A stretch of DNA of 64,000 nucleotides from contig JBHGNT010000007.1 of assembly GCA_043228905.1 (NCBI GenBank), positions 620,001 through 684,000 of the forward strand. Reading direction: 5' to 3'. Source of the DNA: Azolla caroliniana. Lineage: Eukaryota; Plantae; Polypodiophyta. Shown here one piece after another: positions 41,479 through 52,343 of this stretch. The position numbers and the translations under genes are program-made. Below the pieces are notes generated by a model that worked only from the letters and a program-made list of their open reading frames with translations, searched no databases and was not told where the DNA came from. Position 1 is the stretch's first letter; every line of letters starts with the position of its first letter.

Positions 41479-44400
41479 TGTTGAGAACTCGACGTTCTTT
41501 ATGTCCGACGCTCGGCCACAACCGAGATTCTTTCCACACACAGAAAAAACAGGTAATGAAACGCGACACAAAGGAGGAGAAATGGTACACAGGAGGTATA
41601 CGTGGAAAACCCCAAAATAGGGGAAAAAACCACGGCAGCCCACAAGCTGCAAACTGTCACTATGCAGAAATATACAACAGTGAGATCACTGAGGCGACGA
41701 CCTCGTGCTGTCAGATCTTCGCCACAGGCGGTGGTTACAACAGAGGCTACGACCTCGTCTCTCTCTCTCTCTGTACAGTTACGCGCTCTGATCTCTTCTT
41801 GCACCAACAACGAAGGATAATCACAAAACAACAACTACACACACCCAAAAAAAACTATAAGTTTGCCCTAAGTCATATTTATACTAATATGACTTTTCGG
41901 CTATTTACAAGTGTAGCCTCGATGGGCTCCATCCGACTCTCCGCAGTCGGGTACTCCTCATCCGGAGGGACCTGTCTTCCAACAAACTCCCCCTTCACTC
42001 CGGCATAGGGAGTCTTTCCAGCCCGATCCTCTTCCGGCATGCGTCCAGCTTGTCGGGTGTCAGCACTTTGGTCAGCATATCTGACCCGTTCTCGGCCGTG
42101 TGGATCTTCGACAATGCGAACTCCTGGTCATCTACCCTTTCCCGGGTCCAATGATACCTCCGCTGGATATGCTTCGTCCGGGAATGGTAGGCCGCATTCT
42201 TAGCAAGGTGGATGGCACTTTGACTGTCGCAGTAGAGTCGGTATTCCTCTTGCCGGATACCGAGCTCCCCGATGAAGTCCTTCATCCATAATATTTCCTT
42301 GCCGGCTTCCACAGCCGCCATGTACTCCGCCTCTGTGGTTGACAATGCAACCGTCTTCTGCAGCCTCGACTGCCACGAGACAGCTCCCCCTGCATATGTC
42401 ATCACATACCCGGATGTAGACCGGCTGGTATCCACATCAGCCGACATGTCCGAATCGGTGAAACCGTCCAGTTGAGGTTTTCCGGTGCCGAATCGGAGAC
42501 ACATATTTGAAGTGCCCTTCAAATACCAGAGTATCCATTTGACCGCGTTCCAATGCTCCTTGCCGGGATTGCTCATAAACCGGCTCACCACTCCGACTGC
42601 GTATCCAATGTCCGGTCGGGTACAAACCATTGCGTACATCAAGCTCCCGACGGCAGAGGCATATGGAATCTTCATCATATCTGCCTTCTCTCCCTTTGTC
42701 TTCGGGCTTTGCTTGCCGGACAACTTGCAGTTTGCCGGAAGTGTCGATCCGACCGGTTTTGCGTCTGACATGTTGAACCGGTGAAGCACCTTTGTCACAT
42801 ACTTCTCCTGTGACAGCCATAGTTGCTTCACTGACCGGTCCCGAATGATGTGCATCCCCAACATCTGTCTTGCCGGACCCAGGTCTTTCATTGAGAAGGT
42901 CCAGTTGAGAGCCTTCTTCAGCATCCGTATTTTGCCTTTGTCTCGTCCGACGATCAGCATGTCATCCACGTACAGGAGGAGTATCAGGAAGTCCCCTCCT
43001 TCGAACTTCTTCACAAACACGCAGTGATCGGCCTGCGTCTTGTGGTACCCTTGATCGGTCATGAAGGAGTCGAACTTCCGATACCATTGCCGGGGAGCCT
43101 GCTTCAGTCCGTACAGGCTCTTCTTCAACCGGCATACCAGGTGCTCCTTCCCTTTCTCCACAAATCCTTCCGGTTGCTGCATGTAGATTTCCTCTTCAAG
43201 GTCGCCGTGGAGGAATGCCGTCTTCACGTCCAGCTGCTCTACCTCGAGATCCATGCTTGCTGCTATACTTAGCACCGACCGGATGGAGGTCATCTTTACT
43301 ACCGGGGCGAATATTTCGTCGAAGTCCACGCCCTTCTTCTGCTGGAACCCCTTCACCACAATCCTGGCTTTGTATCTCGGGGGGTTGCCGGCATCTCCCG
43401 GTTTCAACTTGAACACCCACTTGTTTCGGAGTGCCCGCTTTTCTTTCGGCAGCTCCACCAATTCGTACGTATGGTTCTCATGCAGGGAATCCATCTCATC
43501 CTGCATGGCACTTAACCATTTTCGGCTGTGGGTGTCTTCCTTCGCTTCTTCGAAGCTTTCCGGCTCCCCCTCATCGGTTAGCAGGACATGCTCTGCATCC
43601 GGAAATCTCCGGGGCGCCCTTCTCTCTCTGAGAGGGTATCTACGCCTTCGGGCTTCGGTAATCGGTTCCTCCATTTGCTCTTCATCCGAATCCGATTTGG
43701 GATCTTGACCGGTTCCGGTCTCAGCTTCCTCTACTTCTTCTTCTGCCGGTTCGGTATCCTCACCGAAACCGGCTGGTTCCTCGAGTGCTAACCGGTCTCT
43801 TGCCGGTTGGGTCTGCTCATTGTAGAGTCTATCCTTACCGGTCGACTCGGAGTTCACTATCTTCTTCTCCGACTCCCAGTCGGCGAGCGTCTTGTCCTCC
43901 ATGAAGATAATATCTCGACTCCGGAATATCTTCTTGTCGACCGGGTCCCACACTCGGTAGCCGAACTCATCGTCACCGTAACCGAGGAATATGCATGGCC
44001 GGGTCTTTGGATCTAGCTTTCCTCTCCGGTCCTTTGCTACATGCACGTACGCGAGACACCCGAACACCCTTAGATGCCGGTAGGACACTTCCTTACCGGT
44101 CCATACTCTCTGTGGCGTGTCTCCGTCCAGGGGTACTGAGGGTGATCTGTTTATCACATATGTCGCCGTCGACAGTGCCTCAGCCCAAAACTTCTTGGGT
44201 AGCTTTGCATGCGCTAGCATACTCCGGACCCTCTCCATTATGGTCCGGTTCATCCTCTCGGCCAGTCCGTTTTGTTCCGGCGTCTTCGGCACGGTAAATT
44301 CGAGCCGGATTCCCTTCGAGCGGCAGTACTCCTCGAACTGCCCCCAGTACTCACCTCCGTTATCTGCTCGAACCGCCTTCAGCTTCCGGCCGGTTTCTCT

Positions 44401-46366
44401 TTCCACTCTCGCGTGGAGCTCTTTGAAGACGGATAACACCTGATCCTTCGTCTTCAGCGGTGTGGCCCACAGCTTCCGGCTGTGGTCATCTATGAACGTC
44501 ACGAAGTACTGCGCTCCGGCATGTGACTTCGTGTCTACTTGACAAACATCCGTATGCACCAACTCCAGTGGTGCATTACGTCTCATCGGTGGCCTTGGTC
44601 GGAAGGAGGTCCGGTTCTGCTTACCGGCCAGACAATCAGTGCACTTCTCTAAATGCACGTTCTTCACTGGGATGAGGTTGTCGTCTGCAAGCCTCTTCAT
44701 CCCCTTCTCACTCATGTGACATAGCCTCTTGTGCCACAGCTCACCGGCAGTGTCGGAAGCCACGTTCACTTCTTCCGGACATAACCGGGCATTCATCAGG
44801 TACAGTGTGTTTACCTTCCGGGCCCGAGCCACAATCAGGCTCCCTTTGCTGAACTTCATGACACCGTTCCGGATGCTACCCGTGTAGCCTTCATCATCTA
44901 GCCGACCGGCTGATATCAGGTTCAGACGAACTTCCGGAACGTGTCGGACATCTTTCAACAACAACTTGCATCCGGTTGGTGTTGTCAGCCACACGTCTCC
45001 TATGCCGACAATTCGGCATGTTCCTTCATTCCCCATCCGGACACAGCCGTGATCACCGGCTGAGTAGGATGAGAAGCATTTCCGGTCCGGGGTAAGGTGG
45101 AACGACGCTCCGGAATCTACCACCCAGGTCATCTCATCGCCGGCATGGTTTATCTCACTCTCCTCGGTGATGAGCATCAACTCCTCTTCACTTGCCGCAA
45201 TTGCCATCGTTCCCTTTCGGTCCGGCCCCCTCCGGTCTTTACCGTTCCGGTTTGTACCGTTCCGGTTCGGGGTTTGCTTCGAATCGGTACCGTCGGTTTC
45301 CTTGTCTTTACGGAAATGCCGACAGTTCTTTTGGAAGTGTCCCGGCTTGCCGCAATAGAAGCAAGTAGGCCTCCCCCTTGACTTTGATCGTGTCCCCGAC
45401 TTCTCCCGGTTCTGGGGACTACGATTTCTATGTCTTCCGCGTTCCGATTCGGTAAGGAGCGCTTTGGAGTCGGAGCTCGTATCTTTGTCTTTCCGACGAG
45501 CCTCCTCATCTAGCAAGCTCGACTTTACTCTTGCTAGGGATAACCGTTTTCCTTCCGGCCCGGCGTTGCCCAAAGTAACAACCAACGTCTCCCAGCTATC
45601 CGGGAGGGAACCGAGCAGGAGTAGCGCTAGGACCTCATCGGCAAGAGGTACTTCCAATGACGTTGCCTGGTGAATCAGCCCCTGGAAGGCATTCATATGC
45701 TCCGCCATGCTGGAGCCATCTTGGTACCGGAGTCTTACAAGCTTCCGGAATACCGACGCCTGATTGACAGCATTTTTGTTCTGGAACATCATGCCGATCT
45801 TCTCCCAGAGCTCATGAGCCTTGCTCTCTTCATTGAAGTTGTTGTACAGGCTCATGTCGATGAAGCACCGTATGTACGCCGTTGTCTTCATGTGCATCAC
45901 CTCCCATATCGCGGCGTCGATTTTGTCCGGTCTCTTGTCCCCGAACTGAACCGGCAGCCAGAGGTCTTTAACCACGAGCATGTCCCTCATCTTCGACTTC
46001 CACACTGAATAGTTGGAGCCGGTGAGCTACATGCCGCCAAACGATTCGTCCATTTTCTGTGTCGATTTCGCTCTGATACCACTTGTTGAGAACTCGGCGT
46101 TCTTTATGTCCGACGCTCGGCCACAACCGAGATTCTTTCCACACACAGAAAAAATAGGTAATGAAACGCGACACAAAGGAGGAGAAATGGTACACAGGAG
46201 GTATACGTGGAAAACCCCAAAATAGGGGAAAAAACCACGGCAGCCCACAAGCTGCAAACTGTCACTATGCAGAAATATACAACAGTGAGATCACTGAGGC
46301 GACGACCTCGTGCTCTCAGATCTTCGCCACAGGCGGCGGTTACAACAGAGGCTACGACCTCGTCTC

Positions 46367-46424
<58 letters not shown>

Positions 46425-46687
46425 CAGTTACGCGCTCTGATCTCTTCTTGCACCAACAACGAAGGATAATCACAAAACGACAACTACACACACCCAAAAA
46501 AAACTATAAGTTTGCCCTAAGTCATATTTATACTAATATGACTTTTCGGCTATTTACAAGTGTAGCCTCGATGGGCTCCATCCGACTCTCCGTAGTCGGG
46601 TACTCCTCATCCGGTTCATACCGGGCCTACACCATCCGACTCTCCGCAGTCGGGTACTCCTCATCCGAAGGGACCTGTCTTCCAACA
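41479..46687 (-). mobile_element. Copia element C (Tnt1-like), young and near intact: 5' LTR 46084-46687, 3' LTR 41479-41984
   Basis: Perfect TSD GATAC (41474-41478 / 46688-46692), PBS TGGTATCAGAGC (46081-46070), PPT GAGTGAAGGGGGAG, uninterrupted polyprotein ORF. Confidence 0.97.
41995..46005 (-). CDS. Copia Gag-Pol polyprotein of element C (Gag CCHC, protease, integrase, RT, RNase H)
   Basis: CFYCGKPGHFQKNC; WVVDSGAS; LWHKRLCH...CTDC; HTDVC, FIDD, ADNGGEY, AERMNRT; LDVKTAFL, LYGLKQAP, LLYVDD; FTDSD, STTEAEY, DMLTK. The native ATG at 46053 is followed by an in-frame TAG. Confidence 0.93.
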   Translation of the reverse strand: MWKSKMRDMLVVKDLWLPVQFGDKRPDKIDAAIWEVMHMKTTAYIRCFIDMSLYNNFNEESKAHELWEKIGMMFQNKNAVNQASVFRKLVRLRYQDGSSMAEHMNAFQGLIHQATSLEVPLADEVLALLLLGSLPDSWETLVVTLGNAGPEGKRLSLARVKSSLLDEEARRKDKDTSSDSKALLTESERGRHRNRSPQNREKSGTRSKSRGRPTCFYCGKPGHFQKNCRHFRKDKETDGTDSKQTPNRNGTNRNGKDRRGPDRKGTMAIAASEEELMLITEESEINHAGDEMTWVVDSGASFHLTPDRKCFSSYSAGDHGCVRMGNEGTCRIVGIGDVWLTTPTGCKLLLKDVRHVPEVRLNLISAGRLDDEGYTGSIRNGVMKFSKGSLIVARARKVNTLYLMNARLCPEEVNVASDTAGELWHKRLCHMSEKGMKRLADDNLIPVKNVHLEKCTDCLAGKQNRTSFRPRPPMRRNAPLELVHTDVCQVDTKSHAGAQYFVTFIDDHSRKLWATPLKTKDQVLSVFKELHARVERETGRKLKAVRADNGGEYWGQFEEYCRSKGIRLEFTVPKTPEQNGLAERMNRTIMERVRSMLAHAKLPKKFWAEALSTATYVINRSPSVPLDGDTPQRVWTGKEVSYRHLRVFGCLAYVHVAKDRRGKLDPKTRPCIFLGYGDDEFGYRVWDPVDKKIFRSRDIIFMEDKTLADWESEKKIVNSESTGKDRLYNEQTQPARDRLALEEPAGFGEDTEPAEEEVEEAETGTGQDPKSDSDEEQMEEPITEARRRRYPLRERRAPRRFPDAEHVLLTDEGEPESFEEAKEDTHSRKWLSAMQDEMDSLHENHTYELVELPKEKRALRNKWVFKLKPGDAGNPPRYKARIVVKGFQQKKGVDFDEIFAPVVKMTSIRSVLSIAASMDLEVEQLDVKTAFLHGDLEEEIYMQQPEGFVEKGKEHLVCRLKKSLYGLKQAPRQWYRKFDSFMTDQGYHKTQADHCVFVKKFEGGDFLILLLYVDDMLIVGRDKGKIRMLKKALNWTFSMKDLGPARQMLGMHIIRDRSVKQLWLSQEKYVTKVLHRFNMSDAKPVGSTLPANCKLSGKQSPKTKGEKADMMKIPYASAVGSLMYAMVCTRPDIGYAVGVVSRFMSNPGKEHWNAVKWILWYLKGTSNMCLRFGTGKPQLDGFTDSDMSADVDTSRSTSGYVMTYAGGAVSWQSRLQKTVALSTTEAEYMAAVEAGKEILWMKDFIGELGIRQEEYRLYCDSQSAIHLAKNAAYHSRTKHIQRRYHWTRERVDDQEFALSKIHTAENGSDMLTKVLTPDKLDACRKRIGLERLPMPE

Positions 46688-49600
46688 GATACTGCTGAGG
46701 TTGTCACAAAAGATTGTTGTCGGATCAGACACCTCTACCTGCAGATCCCGTAATAGCCGTTTTAGCCAAATGACTTTGCATGTAGCGACAGTTGCCCCTC
46801 GATACTCGGCCTCTGTGCTCGACAATGCTACTGTTGGCTGCTTCTTGCTGCTCAATGTGATCGCCGCACTTCCTAACGAGAAGGTGTATCCGGATGTGGA
46901 TCGATGATCGTTGGCGTTTCCGGCCCAATCGACATCCATGTAGCCGACTAATTATTCGGCTACGCCTGCCCGATATATCAACGCCATGTCTTTCGTGCCG
47001 CTGACATAACACAGTATCCGTTGCGCGCACTGAAAGTGTTCGGCCGTAGGTTACGACATGAATTGATTGATAAGGCCAACTGGATAACTAAGATCCGACC
47101 GAGTAATCGTCAGATAGATAAGGCTTCTGACAATCTGTCGGAACCGTGTCGGGTCGCATGCCTTTCTCGAATCTCGGCGAAGCTTTGCGTTTCTATCTAG
47201 AGGGGTCGAGATGGACTTACAGTTTGCCATCCCGAACTTGAAGACCATATTCAGCGCGTAATGATGCTGGCTGATCAATAGGCCTTCGGGGATACAGATC
47301 ACTTCGATCCCGAGGAAGTAATGAAGGTCTCCGAGATCCTTCATTCCAAACGCTGTCGCAAGCTGAGACTTCACGCGGCAGATTTCGTTCAGGTCGGCAC
47401 CGGCGATGACTAAATCATCAACATATAATAGGAGACTAACCGGTTCGTGTTGATCTTGCCGAACAAATAGAGAAGAGTCCGATTTCGACGCGCGAAATCC
47501 ATCCTACGCAACTGTTGCGTAATCTTTGCGTTCCAAGCTCGTGGGGCTTGCTTTAGTCCGTAGAGGGACTTCTTCAATCGGCAAACTGCCGAGGTGTTTT
47601 GTTCGGATAGAAATCTGGGGGGCTGTACCATGTACACCTGCTCCTCAATATCACCTTGTAGGAACACGTTCTTTACATCCATCTGATGTAGGTGCCACCC
47701 CTTCGCCGCAGCTACCGTAAGCAAAACACGGATGGTCTTCATCTTTGCGACCGGCGCAAACATCTCATCGTAGTTGATGCCGTGTTGTTGCGCGTAGCCT
47801 TTTGCTACTAAACGGGCCTTGTAACGGTTGATAGAGCCATTGGTGTTGTATTTCACTTTATACACCCATCTGCATCCAATGGGCTTTACACCCTTCGGTG
47901 CGTCAACCAGGTCCCATGTCTCGTTCTGCGTTAAGGCGCGCATCTCTTCCTCCATTGCGGCACGCTAGTTCGCGTCTTTCGCCGCTTTTGCGTAGCTCTC
48001 CGGGTCACGCACTTCCGCCACTCGCATCATATACGCGTAATGGTGCGCCATGTACTCATTATACCCGTATCTCTTTACGGGGTTCTTCTAGTGGGTAGAT
48101 TAGCGTAATTCGTGATTACCCGATTTCGTGACCTTTTCGGTCGATTTCGACCTCTTCCGTGGAGGTTTCTTTATGATCAACTCAATGTTAGATTCACTTT
48201 GAATTGACTCGACGTTGCCGAAATCATACTACGGCATTTTCTTCTTGCCCTTCTCCATGCGCGTAAACCGTCTCCTTGATTCTTTACGCAGGGACATCAT
48301 GACTGAGTCTCCACTACTTGCCGTCTCATCATCTGGTTGGCCATCTCAGCTCAACCCTTCATTCGGCCCGCTTAGCCGAAATGAGATCAGACTCTCTCTT
48401 AGAGCTCTGACGTCCTCATCATGTGGAGGCATTTCAGCCTCGTTGATCTCTTCTTCAGAAATCGGAATGGAGTCATGAGGTTCTGGAGGAGAAGGCAGAT
48501 ACCATGAAGCGGACTCGTCGAACACAACGTCGCGGCTTATGCGTACTTCCTTTGTTCGAGGGTTATAACACTTATACCCTTTCTGCTCATCGGAATAGCC
48601 TACCAAGTTACATTTCTCGGCTTTGGCATCCAGTTTCCTCTTCTCCTTCGGCATGTGCACATACGCGATGCTGCCGAAAATCCTCAAGTGTGCCAAGTTC
48701 GGCTTCTTTCTGAAATACAACTCATGTCGCGACACTCCTCCATTAGTAGAAGTCCGATTCTGCAGGTAGACAACCGTCTTCATGGCTTCGGCCCAATAGA
48801 ATTTCGGCATATGCTTCTCTTCAAGCATTGTCATGGCCGCTTCCTCAATCGTCTGATTCTTCCGCTCGGCTATGTCGTTCTGCTCCGGTGAATATCTACA
48901 CGAGAATTCATGTCGAATTCCCTCCTTCTGTAGATAACTTGTGAACTGGTCAGAGAAGTACTCCTTCCCACCATTGGACCGTAGGCATTTGATCTTACGC
49001 CCTGTTTCCCTTTCAGCAAGGCTCTTCACCTTCAGGAAACATGAGAAGACTCCACTCTTCTTCGTGATTGTGCATACCCACGTGTGCCGAGTGAAGTCGT
49101 CGATGAAGGTTACAAAGTAACGGCTTCCACCAAGACTCACGTTCTGTGCTGGACCCCACACATCTGAATGGATCAAATCCAACGGACTTTGACTAGGATT
49201 ACGCTCACAGGGGAATGGAAGTTGGTGATGTTTTCCCATCTGACAGGCTTCGCAGACTTGGGCATTACGGCCCTGAAATTTCGGCAATCCGAATACGATG
49301 TTCCTCGTCTGCATTTCATGAAGCATGGGAAATTTACGTGGCCGAACCGCTTGTGCCACAGGTCGATGTCCGATTCGACCTTTTTTCCTTTCGCGTACAA
49401 CGCGGTTCCGGCTTGATTAGTGTCGAGGATAAACATCCTCCCTTCACGGTGCCCTTGCGCGATTACTTTGCCTTCCTCTTCTATGAAGCAGCCGAGATGC
49501 GTTGTCGTAGTTTATTCCACACACTACGTGAAAACCATAAAATAATATATCCGATTTTAGATACATATAAATAGATAAATAATATATCAAAAGAATTTAT

Positions 49601-50210
49601 CGCGTGCATAGGGCAAGAGTCAAACCATGCACCTCCACGTAGATAAACCCCAACTTTACCATTGTAATAACTTATCTTTAGTGTTATAAATATAGATTTA
49701 ATACGTATAAGACCTTTATTTACACATACCTTTATTAAAAGGTAAAAATCATGTATTCTTTAGAGTGTGAATATTTTATTTACACGTGACATTAAAAGTG
49801 ACTCATGCACATCTAGCGTGCGTGAGCCCTATATTTAGGAAATGACAAAGCATCACATGCACATTTAGTGTGCATGGACACTTTAGGTGAAAAAGCATGA
49901 AGCCATGCTTAGCCTCTTCCATCTTTATATAAAGAGGAGAGAAATATGTATATGGTTGTTGATTAATATACAAGGATTGATCAATCTAATATATTCGTGG
50001 GATTCACGAATTTTGCCATCTAATTGCTCTTATAATCTAAATATTGTTTTAATTACACTAAACTCGTGGGATTCATGAGATTGCTATCTTACTTCTCTTT
50101 CCACTATTCATAACTAGCCTTAAGTTGTATTCCTCTTCCTCCTAGTCAAAAACCTCAGCGGTTCCCACCCGACTCACGCAACGATCCGGAGCCGAAGGGC
50201 ACGACACAGT

Positions 50211-50228
50211 TGGTGAACCCGACGTGAA
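50211..50228 (+). promoter_or_regulatory. Primer binding site complementary to the tRNA-Trp(CCA) 3' end
   Basis: TGGTGAACCCGACGTGAA is the complement of ...UUCACGUCGGGUUCACCA, the plant cytosolic tRNA-Trp 3' end as I recall it. Confidence 0.85.
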
Positions 50229-50246
50229 ACACCGGGTGGCAAGGAG

Positions 50247-52289
50247 ATGGAAAATCAACCGGAGGCTAGCAACATGATGATGATGTTCAAGCGCATGCTA
50301 CAAGAACAACGCGCGATGTCGGAGATAGCGGCAGCAGTGGAGCGGCTCGTGCAACGAAACGAGCAATTCAACGGGAAAGACGTGTCGCGGTATCTTCGGG
50401 ACTACAAGGCGGAGATGCTACGGTGCGGAATATCGGAAGGATTGCAAGTAACGTCCTTCAACCGGGTGGCGACCGACGGGCTTCAAGCAAGCATCCATGG
50501 GCTACGACAACAAAATCCGACATGGGAGGCGTTTGAAGAAGAGCTAAAGAGGACGTTCGCCATCGAGGATTCCTCCAAGGCGACGCGAAGGGGATTCGAA
50601 GATTGGGTGGAGACGCCGGACAAGGGATTGAAGGTCGTTGATGTGTTTTCGGCATTCGAAAGCCGGTTCGGGAGGTTGTCCGCGAGAGATCAAGCTATCC
50701 TCGTACCGGACAAGGTAATCATGTTCTTGCGGGCTGTGGACGTCTGGGACCGGAAAGATCTCGGAGTGCTCTTGGAGGACACGACCACGGAGAGCGGCCT
50801 CACCGAAACATGGGAAAGCGTGTGGGATATCGTCGCGCGATACACGAAGAGGGGGCAATGGCTTGCCAACGAGGAAAAGAGGGTTTCGGAACTGATTCCG
50901 AAACCGAGAACCGGATTGGAAGACCATCAACCAAGGGCTCGGGAGACTACAACCGAGAAGGGGATTGATGCATCTACAGTGGAGCAACTATTGAAGGAGA
51001 TGGAGAATCTGAAGATCGCGATGGTGAAGAAGTCGGATGACCGCCCCACAAGCTCCAAGTATACGGACCGACGGTGCATATGGTGCGATAGCGCCGAACA
51101 CGATCGGAGGGATTGCGACGAGCATAAGGAGGCGCTACGGCGGGATCTCATCTACTACGAGGGAAACCGGATTCATTCGATGGACTCTCGGAAGCCACTC
51201 CGACCGAACTTCCGGAAAGGCGGCATGAAGAAGGTGCTCGAGGAGGAATTGGCGGCAAGAAGCAACTATGCAACAACTGCGGGAATATGTGTCGGGGAGT
51301 CATCGAGAGCAAAGACGTCTTTTTGGCCGGAAGATCTAGAAAACACCGAGAAAACCGACTCCAACGAGATCCGAAGCACCGCGGAAGGCGTCCGGGAAGC
51401 TACGGGATGGGAGTGCCCTGTCGACTTGAATAGCGTATACGCCCTGTGTCAATTGCATAAGGTGTATGTGGACGAGAAACGACGACGCACGGAGGATGCG
51501 GCCGGGCCATCGAAGATACCGGAAAGTTGGATCTCCGGAGGTAAGGGAAAAGAAAAGGCGACTCCGGCATTCAAGCTCGCCTCGGACATAGAACAACAAA
51601 CCGACTTGAAAAGAGTGTTTGAGGAAAGAATCTTGGATAGCCGGGTAGATTTCTCGCTTCGGGAGCTACTCGGAATAGCAAAGAAGGAGTTCCACGATCT
51701 TCTCGTGGATCTCGTGAAGCGAAAAAGACAAAGTACGGAGGAAAATGCTCCAAGGGTGAATGCGAACACCGTTTTAATGAACGACACTAAAGCGGAGGAC
51801 GAAATTCCGAACTCCCACTATACAAGGCCACATTGGGCACGCACGACTACGGAGACTCCGGTCCGAATCGGCAACATCAAAGAACCCGTGCTAGCATTGA
51901 TTGATCACGGATCGGAGATCAACTTGATGTCCAAGGAGTTCTACTGGAAGGGGAAGTGGCCTATTAACACCAACCATGGATGGAAGATTCGGGCGGCCAC
52001 CAAAGCAATGGAAGATCTATTTGTGGCTTGTCCGGATGTGACGGTGAAGATCGGGGATGTCGAGATCGACCAAAATTTCTTCGTGCAAGATGAGGTTTCA
52101 CATTCCGTCATCCTCGGCCAACCCTTTATCACGGCATCACGGATGGAGACAAAGGTGCTCGATAGCGGTGCGGCTTTTGCGCGAATTCGGAGCCAAAACG
52201 GTGGGAAATCCGTCCAATTCCTAACGGTGCCGGCAAATCACGAAAGGAACAAGAGGGAACTCTTGTCCCATGTGAGAATGGATTTTTAA
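50247..52289 (+). CDS. Gypsy Gag-protease ORF1 (680 aa)
   Basis: FNGKDVSRYL Gag start, zinc knuckle CIWCDSAEHDRRDC, retropepsin ALIDHGSEIN...VILGQPF. Confidence 0.88.
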   Translation: MENQPEASNMMMMFKRMLQEQRAMSEIAAAVERLVQRNEQFNGKDVSRYLRDYKAEMLRCGISEGLQVTSFNRVATDGLQASIHGLRQQNPTWEAFEEELKRTFAIEDSSKATRRGFEDWVETPDKGLKVVDVFSAFESRFGRLSARDQAILVPDKVIMFLRAVDVWDRKDLGVLLEDTTTESGLTETWESVWDIVARYTKRGQWLANEEKRVSELIPKPRTGLEDHQPRARETTTEKGIDASTVEQLLKEMENLKIAMVKKSDDRPTSSKYTDRRCIWCDSAEHDRRDCDEHKEALRRDLIYYEGNRIHSMDSRKPLRPNFRKGGMKKVLEEELAARSNYATTAGICVGESSRAKTSFWPEDLENTEKTDSNEIRSTAEGVREATGWECPVDLNSVYALCQLHKVYVDEKRRRTEDAAGPSKIPESWISGGKGKEKATPAFKLASDIEQQTDLKRVFEERILDSRVDFSLRELLGIAKKEFHDLLVDLVKRKRQSTEENAPRVNANTVLMNDTKAEDEIPNSHYTRPHWARTTTETPVRIGNIKEPVLALIDHGSEINLMSKEFYWKGKWPINTNHGWKIRAATKAMEDLFVACPDVTVKIGDVEIDQNFFVQDEVSHSVILGQPFITASRMETKVLDSGAAFARIRSQNGGKSVQFLTVPANHERNKRELLSHVRMDF

Positions 52290-52343
52290 AGCGGACTGTT
52301 GCGGAGTGGGGAAGTGATAGTCCGAGAAGCCCTGATACCCCAC
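52280..52343 (+). promoter_or_regulatory. Putative -1 programmed ribosomal frameshift signal (G_GAU_UUU + H-type pseudoknot)
   Basis: Heptamer 52280-52286 just before the ORF1 stop; -1 frame open into pol; stem 52292-52302/52314-52324; loop GTGGGG 52306-52311 complementary to CCCCAC 52338-52343. Confidence 0.78.
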
